Source: Adineta vaga
Lineage: Eukaryota; Animalia; Rotifera
Length of the DNA stretch: 64,000 nt
Reading direction: 5' to 3'
NCBI GenBank assembly: GCA_021613535.1
Contig: CP075493.1
Location: 17,918,001 to 17,982,000 of the forward strand
Shown: positions 1 through 14,134 of the stretch, one piece after another
Layout of the letters: each line of letters opens with the position of its first letter
Numbering within the stretch: position 1 is the first letter of the stretch
Program-made: the position numbers and the translations under genes
The notes under the pieces: model-generated
Told to the model about the DNA's origin: nothing
Database searches by the model: none
What the model saw: the letters and a program-made list of their open reading frames with translations, nothing else

Positions 1-179
1 TGTTTTATTTTATGTATTCATTTTTGAAATCATATCTATTTTAACATTCATGTGATTTGTATCAAATCTGATTCTTTCCTTTGTAATTGTTCTATACAAT
101 TTTCGACTAACAATATTAGATTCCCTTTGCACATAGTTATGAACAAGATGAATATTAAATCTTTCTGACTGTTTTGTTC

Positions 180-310
180 GTTCGATCTATAGGTCATTTC
201 GTCCGTTTTATGCGTTCGATCTATGGGTCATTTCGTCCGTTTTATGCGTTCGATCTATGGGTCATTTCGTCCGTTTTATGCGTTCGATCTATGGGTCATT
301 TCGTCTGTTT
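180..310. repeat. 34-bp tandem repeat, about 4 copies (GTTCGATCTATGGGTCATTTCGTCCGTTTTATGC), probably a subterminal repeat of the adjacent MULE element
   Basis: Units start at 180, 214, 248 and 282 and are near-identical. Confidence 0.85.
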
Positions 311-659
311 TCTTAGAAGATGAATCAAATCTTTTATATTCTATGCAACATGTATTCGAGTAATGCCTGGATTCAATTATATTCATCAAATACTTTCTTT
401 CTTTGGTGATATTGATCGATCTATTCACAATTATTTCTTTGTTACCCACTATGTTTATATTTCTTTTTTTCCTTCATATCGCTCATGACTTTTAACAAAT
501 GCTTATCTAAGTATTAACTTTGATTTTTTCAAAAAAAATTAAAACCATCATCTCGTGAACCTCAATTTATATTTATTGTTATATACTCAACTATCAGTAA
601 GAAAGTGTAGTATATTTAAGTGTTTTACTGATTTTTTAATTTGATTGTTAGGTACTACT

Positions 660-2571
660 ATGAATCAAACATTTTCTTCCTACACATCCAGATTATCAAG
701 AACATCTTCATTTTTGACACCAACTAACAATGACGATCAAATATTAGATCTAATACAAGTGTCTCATGAAAACGATCAATCTACCGATAGCATTTTAGAT
801 TCTGAATCTGAAGTGGATTGGTTGGATAATAGTGAATACTATGAAGTTGTAGATAAAAATAACATCAATTTTGGAACAACAAATAGAAATGGTCGAGAAA
901 TGTATATGTGTGGATATTCATATCAAGTGAAAACAGCAAATGTAGTAACAACGCGTTGGAGGTGTATAGTTCGGAAACCATCTTGTGCAGCTACTATTTG
1001 TACAAATAATATTGATGACAGCTTTTCTGATTGGAATGGTGTCCATCATCATCATCCACCAGATGCAAATCGTGAATTGATCAAAGCTATTATGACAAAA
1101 ATCAAAGCAAGAGTTGCAGTCGAACCATATCCAGTTCTTATTATAGCAGAAGAAGAAATTCGTAAAGCAAAACTGACTACAACACAATTAGCAGTTATGC
1201 CACTTCCTTGTCAATTAGGTATGTTCCATCCATATCTATTATCAATGCTTTATAATTATTTTTATAATCTTCCAGAGTCCGCATTACAAAAACATAGACG
1301 GAAAAATATTCCAGCACTTCCGACTTCATTATGTTTTGAAATTCCATCGCTTTATAAACATACGTGGTCAGGTGATCGATTTATTTTAGCTGATGTACAG
1401 AAGAAACGAGTTGGTGGACGTCTTATTATGTTTAGCTCTCCTCAACAAATAGAAATATTGTTGAACAGTTCCATATGGTTTTGTGACGGCACGTTCAAAA
1501 CTTGTCCGAATTTGTTTGGACAAGTTTATATCATTCAATGTTTGGTTGGTAATCAAGGTACGTTTAAAATCGATTTCTATTTGTTGTTATCATAAGAAAG
1601 AGGTTCTCTCTTACTCTGTTCAGCGTTACCAGTATTATATGCTTTGACAGCTAATCGTAAAAGGAAAATGTATGAAGAAATGATTGGAATTATTATTAAT
1701 TTAGCAGCTAGTCGAGGGAGAACTCTTGCAGTTGATACCGTGGTGTCTGATTATGAAGATGCTTGGTTACGTGCAGTAGCAAATACAGTAAGTATTGTCG
1801 TTAATACAATGTTGAACGATTAATTTAAATTTATCTAAAACGTATGTTTTCTTTTTATTCGTGTAGTTGCCTAATGTATCACGACTCGGATGTTGGTTCC
1901 ATTATACCCAAAGCTGTTATCGAAATATCAAAAACTTAGGATTATCTGGTTTATATGATAATGAACCAGATGTGAAATTAGCCTTAAGAAAATTTCTTGC
2001 TTTGGCTTTACTTCCACATGAACAGATCAAAAGATGTTTGAAACAATTGTGTAATCATATTGATCCGCGTTTACAGTCCTTTGTTGATTATTTCAAAAAA
2101 CAATGGATGTCTGCCATGGGACCAGACTTATGGTGCGTGGGTGAATCGGAAATTAGAACAAACAACAGTTCGGAAGGTAAATGCAAAATCTTTAAAAAGA
2201 TTGAACGTTTATGTTAACCTGTGCTTTAATTTTCAGCATACAATCGTCGGTTTAAAAGTAGGATGGTCAGTATCCATCCTAACATTTGGAGGTTTATTCA
2301 TACATTGAAGAATGAAGAACAAAACATGATTCATCGAAATATACACCTTTTGATTGGAAATACATTTGATTTTGCATCGTCGATGCGCAAGCGTTCCAGA
2401 AAAGCATTGAAAAAAACTCAACAAATCAAAAACTTACATCGATTATTTTTCGCAAAAAAGAAAACTTTGGATGAATTAATACATGGTTTATCATTTTTAG
2501 TCGGCGAACCGATTTCAAAGAAGAAAATTAAAAAGAAAAAATTTCAATTAATTGAAACGAACCTTTCTTGA
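660..2571 (+). CDS. MULE (Mutator-like) DDE transposase with N-terminal FLYWCH-like zinc finger, 5 exons
   Basis: GT-AG introns at 1219-1275, 1558-1623, 1788-1866 and 2177-2236 join an open frame. Motifs: WRC...C...HHH (FLYWCH-like), WFCDGTFKTCP, VVSDYEDA, GCWFHYTQ, RTNNSSEAYNRRFK. Confidence 0.9.
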
Positions 2572-2815
2572 ACCTTTTTCTTTTGCATATACAAAAGAAA
2601 GGAATCATCTTGTAATCCTATATGTGAATGTGATGCTTGTAAATTCTTTGAAATATTAAAATGGTCGTGATTTAATTGTTTTTTCCTTGATTTATTAAAA
2701 TAAAGGTACTATTAATTCATTTCTTCTAAATAGAAATATTTCATTTTGTTCTTTGTCCGCGATTTGTTTGTTGGTTTAACACGATTCAATTAATATTTTT
2801 GAAATATTTAATGTT

Positions 2816-4344
2816 ATGGTTCAATGGCGTTTTATCTTCGGCCAGTTGAATAATATTGGTGAGTAAATATTTACATATCTTCTTGGTAAGCGTTAATCAT
2901 TTGACAACCGCTGTTTTCTAACATTTTATAGATTGATTGATTGTTAAATGTTTGAATAATATACCACAATATGGGCAGGCTTATCCAGCAGCTAAATCAG
3001 ATGTATCTGCATCACTTGAGCGTATGGTTGAAAAAGGATTTCGCTCAAATGAAAATCTTGTATGGCACAAAATCACTCATGGTCAAAGACGATATTATTT
3101 AATTAAAACGGCAAATGATGCTGAAGAAGTTCGTGTAAGAATTGGTCACAGTGTATTTGGAAAATCAGGTAAGCGTTTCTTCTTCAATCTTGAATTAACA
3201 GCACCTCTGTTACCGACATTAAGTTTTTCTATATTTTTTATTGGTAGATCGTGATTTAAAAATATTGAAATCACGAGACGAATGTCACAGAATTATTCGA
3301 CAGTTTTTAGTTCGTTGGAATAACAATGGTTCTTTACCAGGATGGAAAACAATATGGTCAGTATTCAATGTTGCTAATTATGATGTAAGCGAGAGACGAA
3401 TCAAACTGATTTACAAAATCATTCAAGATAATGTTACACGAGAACCAGTTAATACTGATAATATCGATGATAGTAATACTGAGTGAGTTTTTCTGAAGTT
3501 TATTTGCTTATTACATAACAAAATATTATTATTGTCCACTTGTTTTATTTGAAGATCAACGATTGATAGATCAATAAATCTCGATGATTTTGATGGTCAA
3601 AATCAAGATAACGAAGATTCTTCTCGAAGCTTTGAACGTATCGATAGCTACAACGTTCTACAGTTATTGCTTTCTAATGAAGATAATGGGTAAGAAATAT
3701 ATTCTTTCCAATTGGAGAGTTATGCTTAATTCTTTATCTCATTTCAATTTGTTATGTGTTGAATTAACTAATATCAAATAATATTTTTTCTTCTCTATGT
3801 TCATTTGATTTTTGGTTTTATATCATAGTCAAATTCAATCATCATCACACAGTCATCGAATTCCATCATCAATTATAAATGATTCAACCGTTCAAGTAGA
3901 AGAAGCAGACAACATAGAACCAAACGATTTAACATTGTCAAGGCATACAACAACTTCGTTAATACCACCTCCATCATCGAAAGATAAAAGACCAAATATA
4001 ACTTCCTTCCTTGACTTAGATGATACAAATAAAGAAAACAATCTTCATTGCGAAACATCGTAAGTCTTTACAACCTGTTCTATAGCCAACAATATCTTTC
4101 TGAAACCCGCTTCAAACAATTTTTTCTTTTAAGAATTGTTGGTACAAAAACATATGAATCTACAAATTCTTCACTGGGTCTTCTATCATCATCTAATTCA
4201 TTAATTCATTCTGCATCAACTTCATTAACACAAAATAATCCAACAATTACTACTAAACAAAAACGACAACGTCGTATCTATGCTACAAAAGGCACACCAT
4301 ATGCAACCCGACGGCAAGGTCAACTAACAGCTAAACAAGCATAA
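2816..4344 (+). pseudogene. Second spliced ORF inside the MULE element; unknown function, probably degenerate
   Basis: Chain of same-strand ORFs (2937-3254, 3241-3486, 3812-4063, 4048-4344) separated by GT..AG intron-like gaps. Candidate first exon MVQWRFIFGQLNNI, with an in-frame TGA at 2934. Basic C-terminus KQKRQRR. Confidence 0.45.
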
Positions 4345-4860
4345 AAAATGAATGAATAATAATTTCAATACAATAAACATTACTATTGTGCTTCATATTT
4401 CTTAAAGATTCAAAATGTTTGAGGTTATTCTAGCGCTTTTCTTTATTCACTGATGGATATTGAATAAAATTCAAATAAATTAATGAACATGAACTAACTT
4501 CACACGTTCAATCGTGATAAGATTTCTAAAAATGTCACAGATAAAAAGGCTTCTAAAACATCTGAATGGAAAGTGGGGAGAATGCATTTTCTAGTTAACA
4601 TTTATGCAAACTGTTGGATATGCATTTTCTAGTTAACATTTATGCAAACTGTTGGATATGCATTTTAGATGATCGTACGACAAATACAAAATTGAATGAA
4701 ATGTTTCTAGTATCACCTTAGCTTATAACCAGACGATCGGCTCACCATTCAATGCTCGGCACTATGTCATACTGCTTAGCACTATGCATTTTGAAATTCA
4801 TGTTGCTCAGCACTATGAAGTCACTAATTGATAATTAATTAAATCTAATTTAATTAAGAA

Positions 4861-4971
4861 TTGGACCGAAATTTCGTTAATTTTTCGTCCCTGGACCCAA
4901 ATGTCACCGGAATTTCGGACTGGGCCGAAAGTCTGGGACGAAAAATTCCTGGACCGAAATTCCGGGTTCCC
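4861..4971. mobile_element. Probable right terminus of the MULE element (GGACCGAAA-type motif cluster), abutting a 5'-truncated hAT transposase
   Basis: GC-richer block with repeated ggaccgaaa/ggacgaaa motifs ending ...CCGGGTTCCC; hAT coding sequence starts abruptly at 4972. Confidence 0.5.
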
Positions 4972-6610
4972 CAATTATTTAATGACATTCATGAAATTAT
5001 TGTCCATTTAAGATCATCTCACAATCAATCAAAATTGTCCAAAAAGTTACAATTATTTTGCAAAACACGTTGGAACAGTGCCTATGATATGATTTGTAGT
5101 TTTATTCATGTTTTTCCTGAATTAAGTAGCGTTATTACTGACAAAGATCGAAAATCACTTCTTGCTGGAATTGATTTGCAGGAATTACTTACATTTGCCA
5201 AATATCTGAAGCATTTTGTTGATGCAACAGAACTTTTAAGTGCAGAAAAAACTTCCACAATTCATTTAGTTTTACCATTCAAACAACGTCTTAGAAATTT
5301 GTCTAAACAAAATGAAAATGATCTTGAATCAATACAGAAATTCAAAAGATACTTTGAAAATCAAATTCCATCGTATTGGGAACTTGATGATGTTCACTAT
5401 ATGAGTGCTATATTACATCCCAACATGAAACATTTACAAAGTTGTGCAAACAAAGATAAGAAAAAAGCTTATGATTTATTGAAAAAACAAATTAATAAAC
5501 GACATGGTAAATAATATTTATTATCTATCAACAAAAAATTGATCGATGATTTCCTAATTATATTTTTTTTTCTCTATTTCAGTTGATACAGTACTTACAC
5601 CAGCTGATTTAGAAATTCAATCACAAAAACAAGCATCGTCATCATTACCAAATGATTCAAATAGTTTTTTAAATTCGTGTTTTGATCAACCTTCCACAAC
5701 TACACATGTATCTGCTAGTAATGATGAACTTAAACGATATTTACAATCAACTGATAATTTAATTGGTGATGAAGATTTATTAACGTATTGGAAACGACAT
5801 AAGATTTCATATCCAGTTCTTTATTCAATAGCTCGTGATATTCTTATTATTCCAGCTAGTAACACAGCTGTTGAACGTTTGTTTTCAGCTAGTGGAAAAA
5901 CAGTAACATGCGTACGAACTCGTTTAGCAGCTCAAAAGGTAGATAAACTAATGTTTATCAAAAAAAATTTGTCAATCCTGAAAAGTTTATTTGATAAAAC
6001 TGGTAATTTAAACAATTCTGATGAATGTCCACAGTCAATGGTCCATCAAAATAAAAAACGATCCTATGAGAGCTTATCAACAACTAATGATAATATTCTT
6101 AACATTAATGACAATATTTTCAACATTGATGACTTCAGTGATAATGATGAAGATTAAGATAATAAACTGATAGTGTTTATTTTGTTCCATGTATATATTT
6201 TTGTGTTTGTTTTACCATTGTTTGAAGTAAAACTTTAGTATTTTTTGTTTTTATGGTTGAAAAAGCTTTAATACTTATTGAAAGCAAATGTGAAAAAGCT
6301 TTAATACTTATTGAAAATAAATGTGAAAAAGCATCTTTAATCAGAAATAAATTCCTTTAAATTATTTATAAAACAACAAGTCTATAATTACTTTATTTTA
6401 AAGACAAGATCGAGTACGGTAGTCATTATATAGCGGTTATAGACTTTTACTACGACGGAACCGGGATCGGGACCACTGCAAAATTTTTCGCCGGGACCGG
6501 GACCGGGACTGACTGAAAAAGCTTCATCGGTACCGGGACCGGGACCAGAAAGATTTTACCGGGACCAAACTGGGACCGGGACCGAAAAAAAGTGATTTTG
6601 CAGCTCCCTA
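4972..6610 (+). mobile_element. hAT DNA transposon, 3' part: transposase C-terminus with hATC dimerisation domain plus right end
   Basis: KTRWNS motif. Intron 5507-5582 joins to ...YWKRHKISYPVLYSIARDILIIPASNTAVERLFSASG (hATC). Stop at 6157. Subterminal CCGGGA repeats at 6460-6585 and a terminus ...CAGCTCCCTA (TAGGG on the minus strand). Confidence 0.9.
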
Positions 6611-7248
6611 CCTATGAGTCAATACATAAAGCTACGACACAAGTTCCTCAATTTATATCTCATATTTCGATGAAATTTTGTCAGAATGTAGCTCTAAGTG
6701 AGATATGAAAACGCTAAAAATCTCAGCTTGTAAAAGTCTTTCGTTCTCAAGATATTCAAAATTTACTGGCTGAATTTTTCATATGACATGCATATGTAAA
6801 ATACGTGTATGTATATGAAATTTATAAAAAATACCCTAGCATTGAAACTCATTTTTTATTCAGGAAATATCACGACCTAAATCTGTACTGATTGCCATTG
6901 TGATGAAAAAGACTTTATTGTGATGAGAAGAATGAGATGGAACACACACTGAGAATCAGAAGCACTGCTCTTATATACTGTCTGTGATCACATGTATATG
7001 ACTCAAGTATTCGATTCATATACATTTGACTCATACATTCCTTGACTCATGAGTTATCATGGCTGAAGGCCATGACAGCCATCAAAAACTCCGCCGAAAT
7101 AGACGGAAAGTTTTTTTTTGAAAATTGCTGTACCCTCCTCCAGATCCAAGATATCATAAGTCCTGTACCCCGCTACAGCAATTTCGAAAAAAAAGTTTTC
7201 GATTTCATAGGACTTTTCGGTGGAAGTTAGTAGAGGCCTAGTTGCTGA

Positions 7249-7563
7249 TGTTCAGAGAATAGAAATCGAGTTCAAATGCTAATACACTTATACATATATT
7301 CTATATATCAGATCAGATAGGTGCCTTATCTGTTACAGATTGTGACGATTTCTGATAGAAGACTTGCTTGCGCTGATGACATGACGCTTTCCTTTATTTC
7401 TTCTACTCAAGAATCGTCTCGTTTATATACAAAAACACATAGTTATATGCGCAACCAAAAGAGAAAGAACGTAGGCGACAAATATATCGGAGAAAGATAT
7501 AAATAACAGAAAGAGAAGAACCAAGAAAAAGGATAGAACGATATCGTCACAGATATCGTTACA
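7249..7563 (-). mobile_element. Putative solo LTR inserted at the 3' end of the RTE ORF
   Basis: Minus strand reads TGTAACG...GAACA, flanked by TCTG/TCAG (a 4-bp TSD with one mismatch). Removing it restores an RTE-like ...ANICN end. Confidence 0.45.
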
Positions 7564-8960
7564 CAGATGTTAGCTAACGTGATGCGCCAATTCTTCCAAT
7601 CTTGTGCTGCGTGAAGAAAGTCTATTTTCGTGTAACCCTGTTTTTCAATCCAAAGGTTCACGTTTTCTAGATATTTGATTCTCGGTCGGCCTTTATCTTT
7701 CTTTTCATTGATTTTTTCACTCGATACCAGATGTTCTAAGCAACCTTTACGAATTATATGGCTAAGGAATTTTAGTTGCCTATAACAGATGGTATTGATT
7801 AAAAATCTTTTCGATTTCGTTCTTTTTAATATTGATTCGTTTGTTTCTCTAGCAATCCAAGGTACATTAAGCAGTCTTCTGAGAAACCACATCTCAGTAG
7901 CCTCTAAGTGTTTTACCATTTCTTTACTGATTGTCCAACATTCGGAACCGTATAATAAAATCGACCAAACGTAACATCTGAGTACTCTTGTTTTAGTGTC
8001 GATCGATATGGTTCTATTTTTCAGAACTAGACTCATCTTTTGGAACGCTTGTTTAGAGAGAGCTATTCTCATTTTGATGTTTTCATCGCATCTACCATCT
8101 GAGGTTATGATGGATCCCAAATAATGGAAGCGATTTACTTGCTTGACTGGTTCTCTATTTATGTAAACTTTGCATGTCGGTATGATTTTATTCTTCGAAA
8201 CACACATACATTCTGTTTTCTTGACATTGAGTGATAGTCCCATTTTTATGCTTTCTTTTGAGACTATATTAATCATTTTCTGTAGATCTTGTTCATTACT
8301 TGCCATTAATACGGTGTCGTCTGCATATCTTATATTATTACAATTGTTACCTCCGATTTTTATTCCTTCAACGTCTTCTAGATTTCTAAGTATCATTTCA
8401 CTATATATGTTAAAAAGATCAGGAGATAGAACACAACCTTCTCTGACACCTCTCTTTATACTTGTATACTCACTGGTATCGTTATTTATTCGTATGGCAG
8501 CTTTTTGATCCCAATAAAGATTTCGAATTATTTGTAGATCCTTGCCATCGATTTCAAGTTTTTCCAAAATTTGGAATAGACTGTCGTGTTTGACTTTATC
8601 AAAAGCATTTGTGTAGTCAATGAAACATAGGTATAGGTCATGCTTGACTTCAATTGATCTTTCGATTATCATTCGAAGGATGAAGATTGCATTTCTAGTG
8701 CCCTTATCAGGCATAAATCCATATTATTCTTTTGCTATTTCTGGCGTGATCTTATTTTTCATACGCATCATTAGAATCTTAAGCAAAACTTTTGTGATAT
8801 GACTCATGAGACTGATTGTGCGATGTAATTCACATTCAGTAGCTCCAGACTTCTTTAGAAGTGCTGTGAATATTGATTTTGTTAGATCTTCCGGAATTTC
8901 ACCTGTATCATATATTTTTTTTATTAATTTTCTCATGATATCTACACCGTAGGGATGCAC
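7564..8960 (-). mobile_element. RTE-clade non-LTR retrotransposon, 5'-truncated RT pseudogene
   Basis: HRTISLMSH, CFIDYTNAFD, GVREGCVLSP, RYADD, FHYLGS, LLYGSECW. In-frame TAA at 8724-8726 splits the two ORFs. Confidence 0.93.
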
Positions 8961-9690
8961 CAGTCCCAGTTATAACCGGCACCCAGTCATGACTGGTCCT
9001 TAGACCATTCGAACTTCATGCTATTATCTTCTAGATATTTCCTTGTTTCCAGATCTATATATAGAATGTCCATAATCTATATATATAATATCTATATATC
9101 CACGTAATGTTGAATATATGCTTCTCAGTTTCTTTGTGCCAGGTAAAGATCAGAGATCAAAGATTATAGATTCTAGAATTTTCCAGAACATTTGAGAAGT
9201 ATGTATACAAGATTTGAGTTTCTAGACTTCTCTAGAACATTCTTTGATAACTTTGAAAAGCTCCTGAGTTCAAAGGTTAAAGATCGATCGAAGATGATGC
9301 TCCAAGAAGATTCGATGATAGAGTAGAAAGGCGTTCGTGTGGGTTCAACGCGTATCGTACAAGAATACTCATAGGTTCACCAAAACTGTATAATGAGAAT
9401 AAGGCTAGGTCTTGAAGAACCATCTTATAGAAAGTCCGCAAAAATTATGAGTACCATCTACTTTTGACCCCTGACATTTGATCTTTAACGTTTGACCTTT
9501 GAACTCAGGAGCTTTTCAAAGTTATCAAAGAATGTTCTAGAGAAGTCTAGAAACTCAAATCTTGTATACATACTTCTCAAATGTTCTGGAAAATTCTAGA
9601 ATCTATAATCTTTGATCTCTGATCTTTACCTGGCACAAAGAAACTGAGAAGCATATATTCAACATTACATGGATATATAGATATTATATA

Positions 9691-11089
9691 TCGGCATAAC
9701 CAGCGTTACGGAATTTCATTTTGTCAAATTGCAATGCCCGTAGCTCGTCATTAATGAATGCAAATTCATTAAAATTTTTATGGTATATAGAGACTAACTA
9801 GTTCTAATATCGGTATAAATTTCATCTATTTTTCTCTACGCAAAGAGAAGTTATTGAAGAAAATATTAGTCGTTACGGAATTTCTCAAAAAGCCTTCTTT
9901 TTCAGGGTGATCTGAGAGTTTAGTGTTTTTCTACAAAACAAAACAATATAGAAATAAATATTGTATATAAAAGTTGTATAGTTCTATATAAGCTTTTAAA
10001 ATATCAGGTTAGTATTCGAAAACTTAGGTTGGTCGAATAAAAAAATACACAATATTGTCCGTTACGGAATTTCGTGCGTTACGGAATTTCACCTTTTTTT
10101 CATAAAATCACATCCGAGACTAGGTAATGAAAAGAAAAGTTCAGAAAAACTATTTGATAATTCTCAGCGTTCGATTCTGAATAAAATGCCGAGGTTTTTA
10201 TAAGAATTCAATAAAATTGATTTTTCGACCTTTTGACCCCTGGAAATTTTCGAAAAAAATCAAAGTTGAGGTTTTGAAAAAGTAAACATTCTATCCTGTT
10301 CACAATTCAATACTGAGTCTTAATGTTATAGAATATGTTACAGGCATGTACACGACATGCCTTCACACACTCTTCTCCATCTGTTTCTCTTATCGTTTCT
10401 ACACATTCTCTTTCATATTATTCGAATAAACAGATTAAGATTTGATTTCTCGAAGAGAGTCGTCTCTAATAGAATATATGGATTTTTGTAAAGATAGATA
10501 GCATAAAATCCCTCAATAATATTTAAAAAGGCGTTTTTATGATTATAGTGAAATTCCGTAACGGAGTAATCTTAAAAAAAGCACGTGAAAATTAAACTAA
10601 TGTTTCACAAAAGTAGTACACATGATAGATCCTTTAAACGACTATCTAACTGTAACGTTTTTGAAAAAATGATTTTCAATATGACCGAATAGAACACACT
10701 ATAGGCCGTTTTCGTTACGGAATTTCTTGAAAAATGGATATAGTTCCTGCATCTATGCATAACCTATATAATAATTGAAACCATCTGCGAAGCTTATATT
10801 CTTAAAGAGCAAATCAAACTCTATCCTACTACCAAATTTGAATGAATGAAGTTTATTTATCAATTCACAGTAACAGCTTCTTTGTGGTACCCCAAAATCT
10901 TTGGTTTAATATCACGTCGTTGAAAAAGAAAAGAGCTTATAATCCTGTTTCACAATCATGCATTTAGCGCTTAGCGACACCTATTTTATACACTGTGGGC
11001 AATGCACTTTTGATTTACAGATCGAGCTTTCTTTACTTTTGATATCGAACCTTCCTCATAGATGGGTGACTGCTCACTGGTTTTGTCGA
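9691..11089. mobile_element. Non-autonomous TIR DNA transposon with repeated CGTTACGGAATTTC motifs
   Basis: Imperfect TIR TCGGCATAACCAGCG / TCGACAAAACCAGTG with TATA on both flanks. The motif occurs at about 9704, 9871, 10060, 10077, 10551 (reverse complement) and 10712. The right end is homologous to 31180-31535. Confidence 0.75.
10336..10471 (+). mobile_element. Short (136-bp) solo LTR or TRIM-like insertion
   Basis: TGTTA...TAATA termini, 5-bp TSD GAATA (10331-10335 and 10472-10476), internal AATAAA. Confidence 0.6.
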
Positions 11090-12151
11090 TATATAAATTA
11101 TGGACATTCTATATATAGATCTGGAAACAAGGAAATATCTGGAAGATAATAGCATGAAGTTCGAACGGTCTAAGAACCAGTAAAAATAAAAACTGAATCG
11201 ATAGCTTGTATCTTGAGTACTTCAGTCAATAAAGCACTACTTATACTTGTTGTAAATCGATAAAAACCTTCTCCTTCTATATCCAGAACATTTTCTGGTA
11301 TACGATTATAATTATCATTTATAACAGCTGCAGCCATAATTTAATCATTAATTATTCACTATGTATAGCAAAATCTAGAATAACAAATTGAATTCATGAT
11401 ACATCAACAATAAAAAACAAATCACAAGAAATGAAATATTTTTTCCATTATTACTTTCACACGTGTAATATTTGTATAAAATATCTCACAACGATTAACT
11501 TAGTATTCTGATGAAAGCAATTAATGTCTATTGAATTTCGTTTCCTACCATTTTCTATGCATAAACTTCAGATTTAAAAAAATAGTTTTGAGTGACGATC
11601 AATTAGAACTTATTCGAATGAAACTTGATACATTTGTACGTATAGTATTATAAATAAAAGTACACATCTCTTTATTTGAATGAGACAGATAACATTGATT
11701 TTCACTGATGAAAATATAATGATCTTTTGCTTTGTATTTAATGTTTATCGGAATACAGAACGTGATTTGGACTGAAAAGAAAATTCTCTTGTCTGATCAC
11801 GATATGCATTTTTTACGGTTATGCTGAACATCGTTGCTTTTGTAATGTAGAAGCACATAGTTATCTTATTGACTTTGAACATTAAATAGTCAAATTAATA
11901 AACTAAACGTGAAAGGAAGGAAAGAAAAGAATATTAAGCTAAATATATATAACTATCAAGCCCTTTTCTTTCTACTTATACTGTTTCCGTCCATGTTGTA
12001 TAATGTATGTATTTGACCACGAGATATCCCTAGATTTAATTATTTTTTCTTTACCTCGTTTCGACGTTTCTCTTTTTTAAAATTCCTTAATCATATCTAT
12101 CGTGTTGAACGTTGAACATACGCTATTACTACTCTATTAACTATATACAAT

Positions 12152-13713
12152 ATGTCTCTTTGTAATGTACCACAGTTGCAAGAATTATATTTCCATCCTT
12201 GGAAATTACCCTCGGAAACATCAACATTAGTTGATGATCAATTTTATTCTTTTATCGAATATATGGCTGGTTCAACACTATCAAATTTACTTCGAGTACA
12301 AGAAATAAATTCTGATCCAATTCTTTTATTAACAGCAGATGTTTTTGAATATTTGTTTTTAAAAATCAATGATCCTCAAACTGATTTATTACGTCAAGAC
12401 ACACTTTTACAGATGGATAATAATACTTCAGTTGTCAAAAGTGCTAATCGCACAAAAATTAATTGTTTACTCGGTATCTTGAAGATAGCAAGTGATCGTG
12501 TACATAGAGAAGGACAACGAATTGCAACAAACAACAGATCAATTATTCTTTATTTACAACTCCATCAGCAACACCAGCTATACCAACTACTAATACATGT
12601 ACTACTCTTACAGTTAACCCTTAAAAGCCGAAGAGGGTTCCTGTGAAATTTTATAAGAATAAATAGCATAAATAGACTTTTGAGACCCTCAATATGCACA
12701 AACTGTGGTCAAAACTGCGGGTTGGGACAACAAAGTTTTCCCACCCAGATGACCTGGGTGAAGTATGATTTTTGTAATTTTTTGCCTGGGTGGGTCTGTA
12801 GGATGGTTCAGAATCATTATAAGTTCATTCTGATAATATTTTAAGATATCTACAATTATATATTAAACCAAAAATCGAAAATAACCGTGCTAACTATGCC
12901 TAAAAGAACCTCAAAAATAGCACTTTTTCCAACCGTCAAAATATTTTATCAGAAGAGTTAAAAATGTGGAAAGTTGTTTTATTCTATAGTTTACAATTAT
13001 ATCTCACGATTTCACTCAAAATTTAGATTGTATATATGAATGGATAGGAGAAAATGAGAAAAACCCACGTAACGATCTGTCCTGAAAAATTCTAAATTTG
13101 CAAAGCAATATTTAAGTATTTGACGACCGTTTTAGCATATTATTTTTCTATGGTGCTCTTGCCTTGACTGTCTTCGTCAGAAAAAAACAATAGCTTTCAT
13201 AGAAAAGATTCAATTTTTTCGTTTTATAGCGATTAATGCAATGTCCTCTGGAGAGGACAGTCGGCTTTTAAGGGTTAATGATGAACGAAGCCATTTATTG
13301 AAATGCATCGATGATTGGTCATCTTTAAATGATACGCTTTTGAATCTGAAAAATTTTAAATTAAAAGAAGGTTCTAATTTTAAATTAAACGTAAAGACAG
13401 GTACTAATGGTATTCAAGCATCAATTGAATGTCAATGTAAATCAATTATCACATTGGGAAAACATCAAAATAGATTAATACCATCGAATTTTTATCGGCA
13501 TTTAAAATCACCGGGTTGTAAACACATCAATCGTTTATTGAAGGAGCAGGAATCTGAAGAAACGAATAGAAACAATTCTTATTCAACATCAACATCATCA
13601 TCAAGTTAACTTATTAATAATAATTCACAATCGTCTACAGCTGTTGTTCCTAATCGTAAACGTACATTTGGATCGGTACATGATATCAATAGTCAAAAAC
13701 AACGAAAGAATTG
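12152..13713 (+). pseudogene. Hypothetical protein gene (probably TE-associated) disrupted by a piggyBac-like MITE, a frameshift and a stop
   Basis: Removing 12618-13278 gives the continuous frame ...TNTCTTLTVNDERSHLLKC. Frameshift near 12525, TAA at 13607, and a C-x-C...H...C motif in the 3' part. Confidence 0.6.
12618..13274. mobile_element. piggyBac-like MITE
   Basis: TIR CCCTTAAAAGCCGA / TCGGCTTTTAAGGG with TTAA on both sides. Confidence 0.9.
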
Positions 13714-14134
13714 ACATTATTGACAAATTTTTATGTGATAGCTATACTATATTGTTCTATTTTGGATCATAGTTTGTATTGTATAATTTAATCATTTTTT
13801 GATGTAGATATTTTTTTCTTTTTTTGTGTATGACATATTTTATCAATTATATGGTACTTTAACCTTTATTTACAAACTACATTATTAGCACTTTTTTAGG
13901 ATATAAATATGTGGACAAATTTAACCATAGAAAGAAACCAAATATTTTTCTTCATTCGAAATATATTCTATACTAAACTTTATTCTCTACATTAAAGAAT
14001 TCACGCTTTTTTAAATAATACTTTTGTAAAAAGTATCCTCGTATTAACAATGCGTTTTTATATATACTTATACAGAAGAAACTTTTATGTAATTATGAAT
14101 TTTTTTTATAGTATCATTCATTATACTTAAATAA

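Larger units (their letters stand above)
8992..11180. mobile_element. Foldback-type element with about 290-bp inverted arms; the right arm is split by an insertion
   Basis: 8992-9080 is the reverse complement of about 11092-11180, and about 9080-9285 is the reverse complement of about 9480-9690. Confidence 0.8.
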
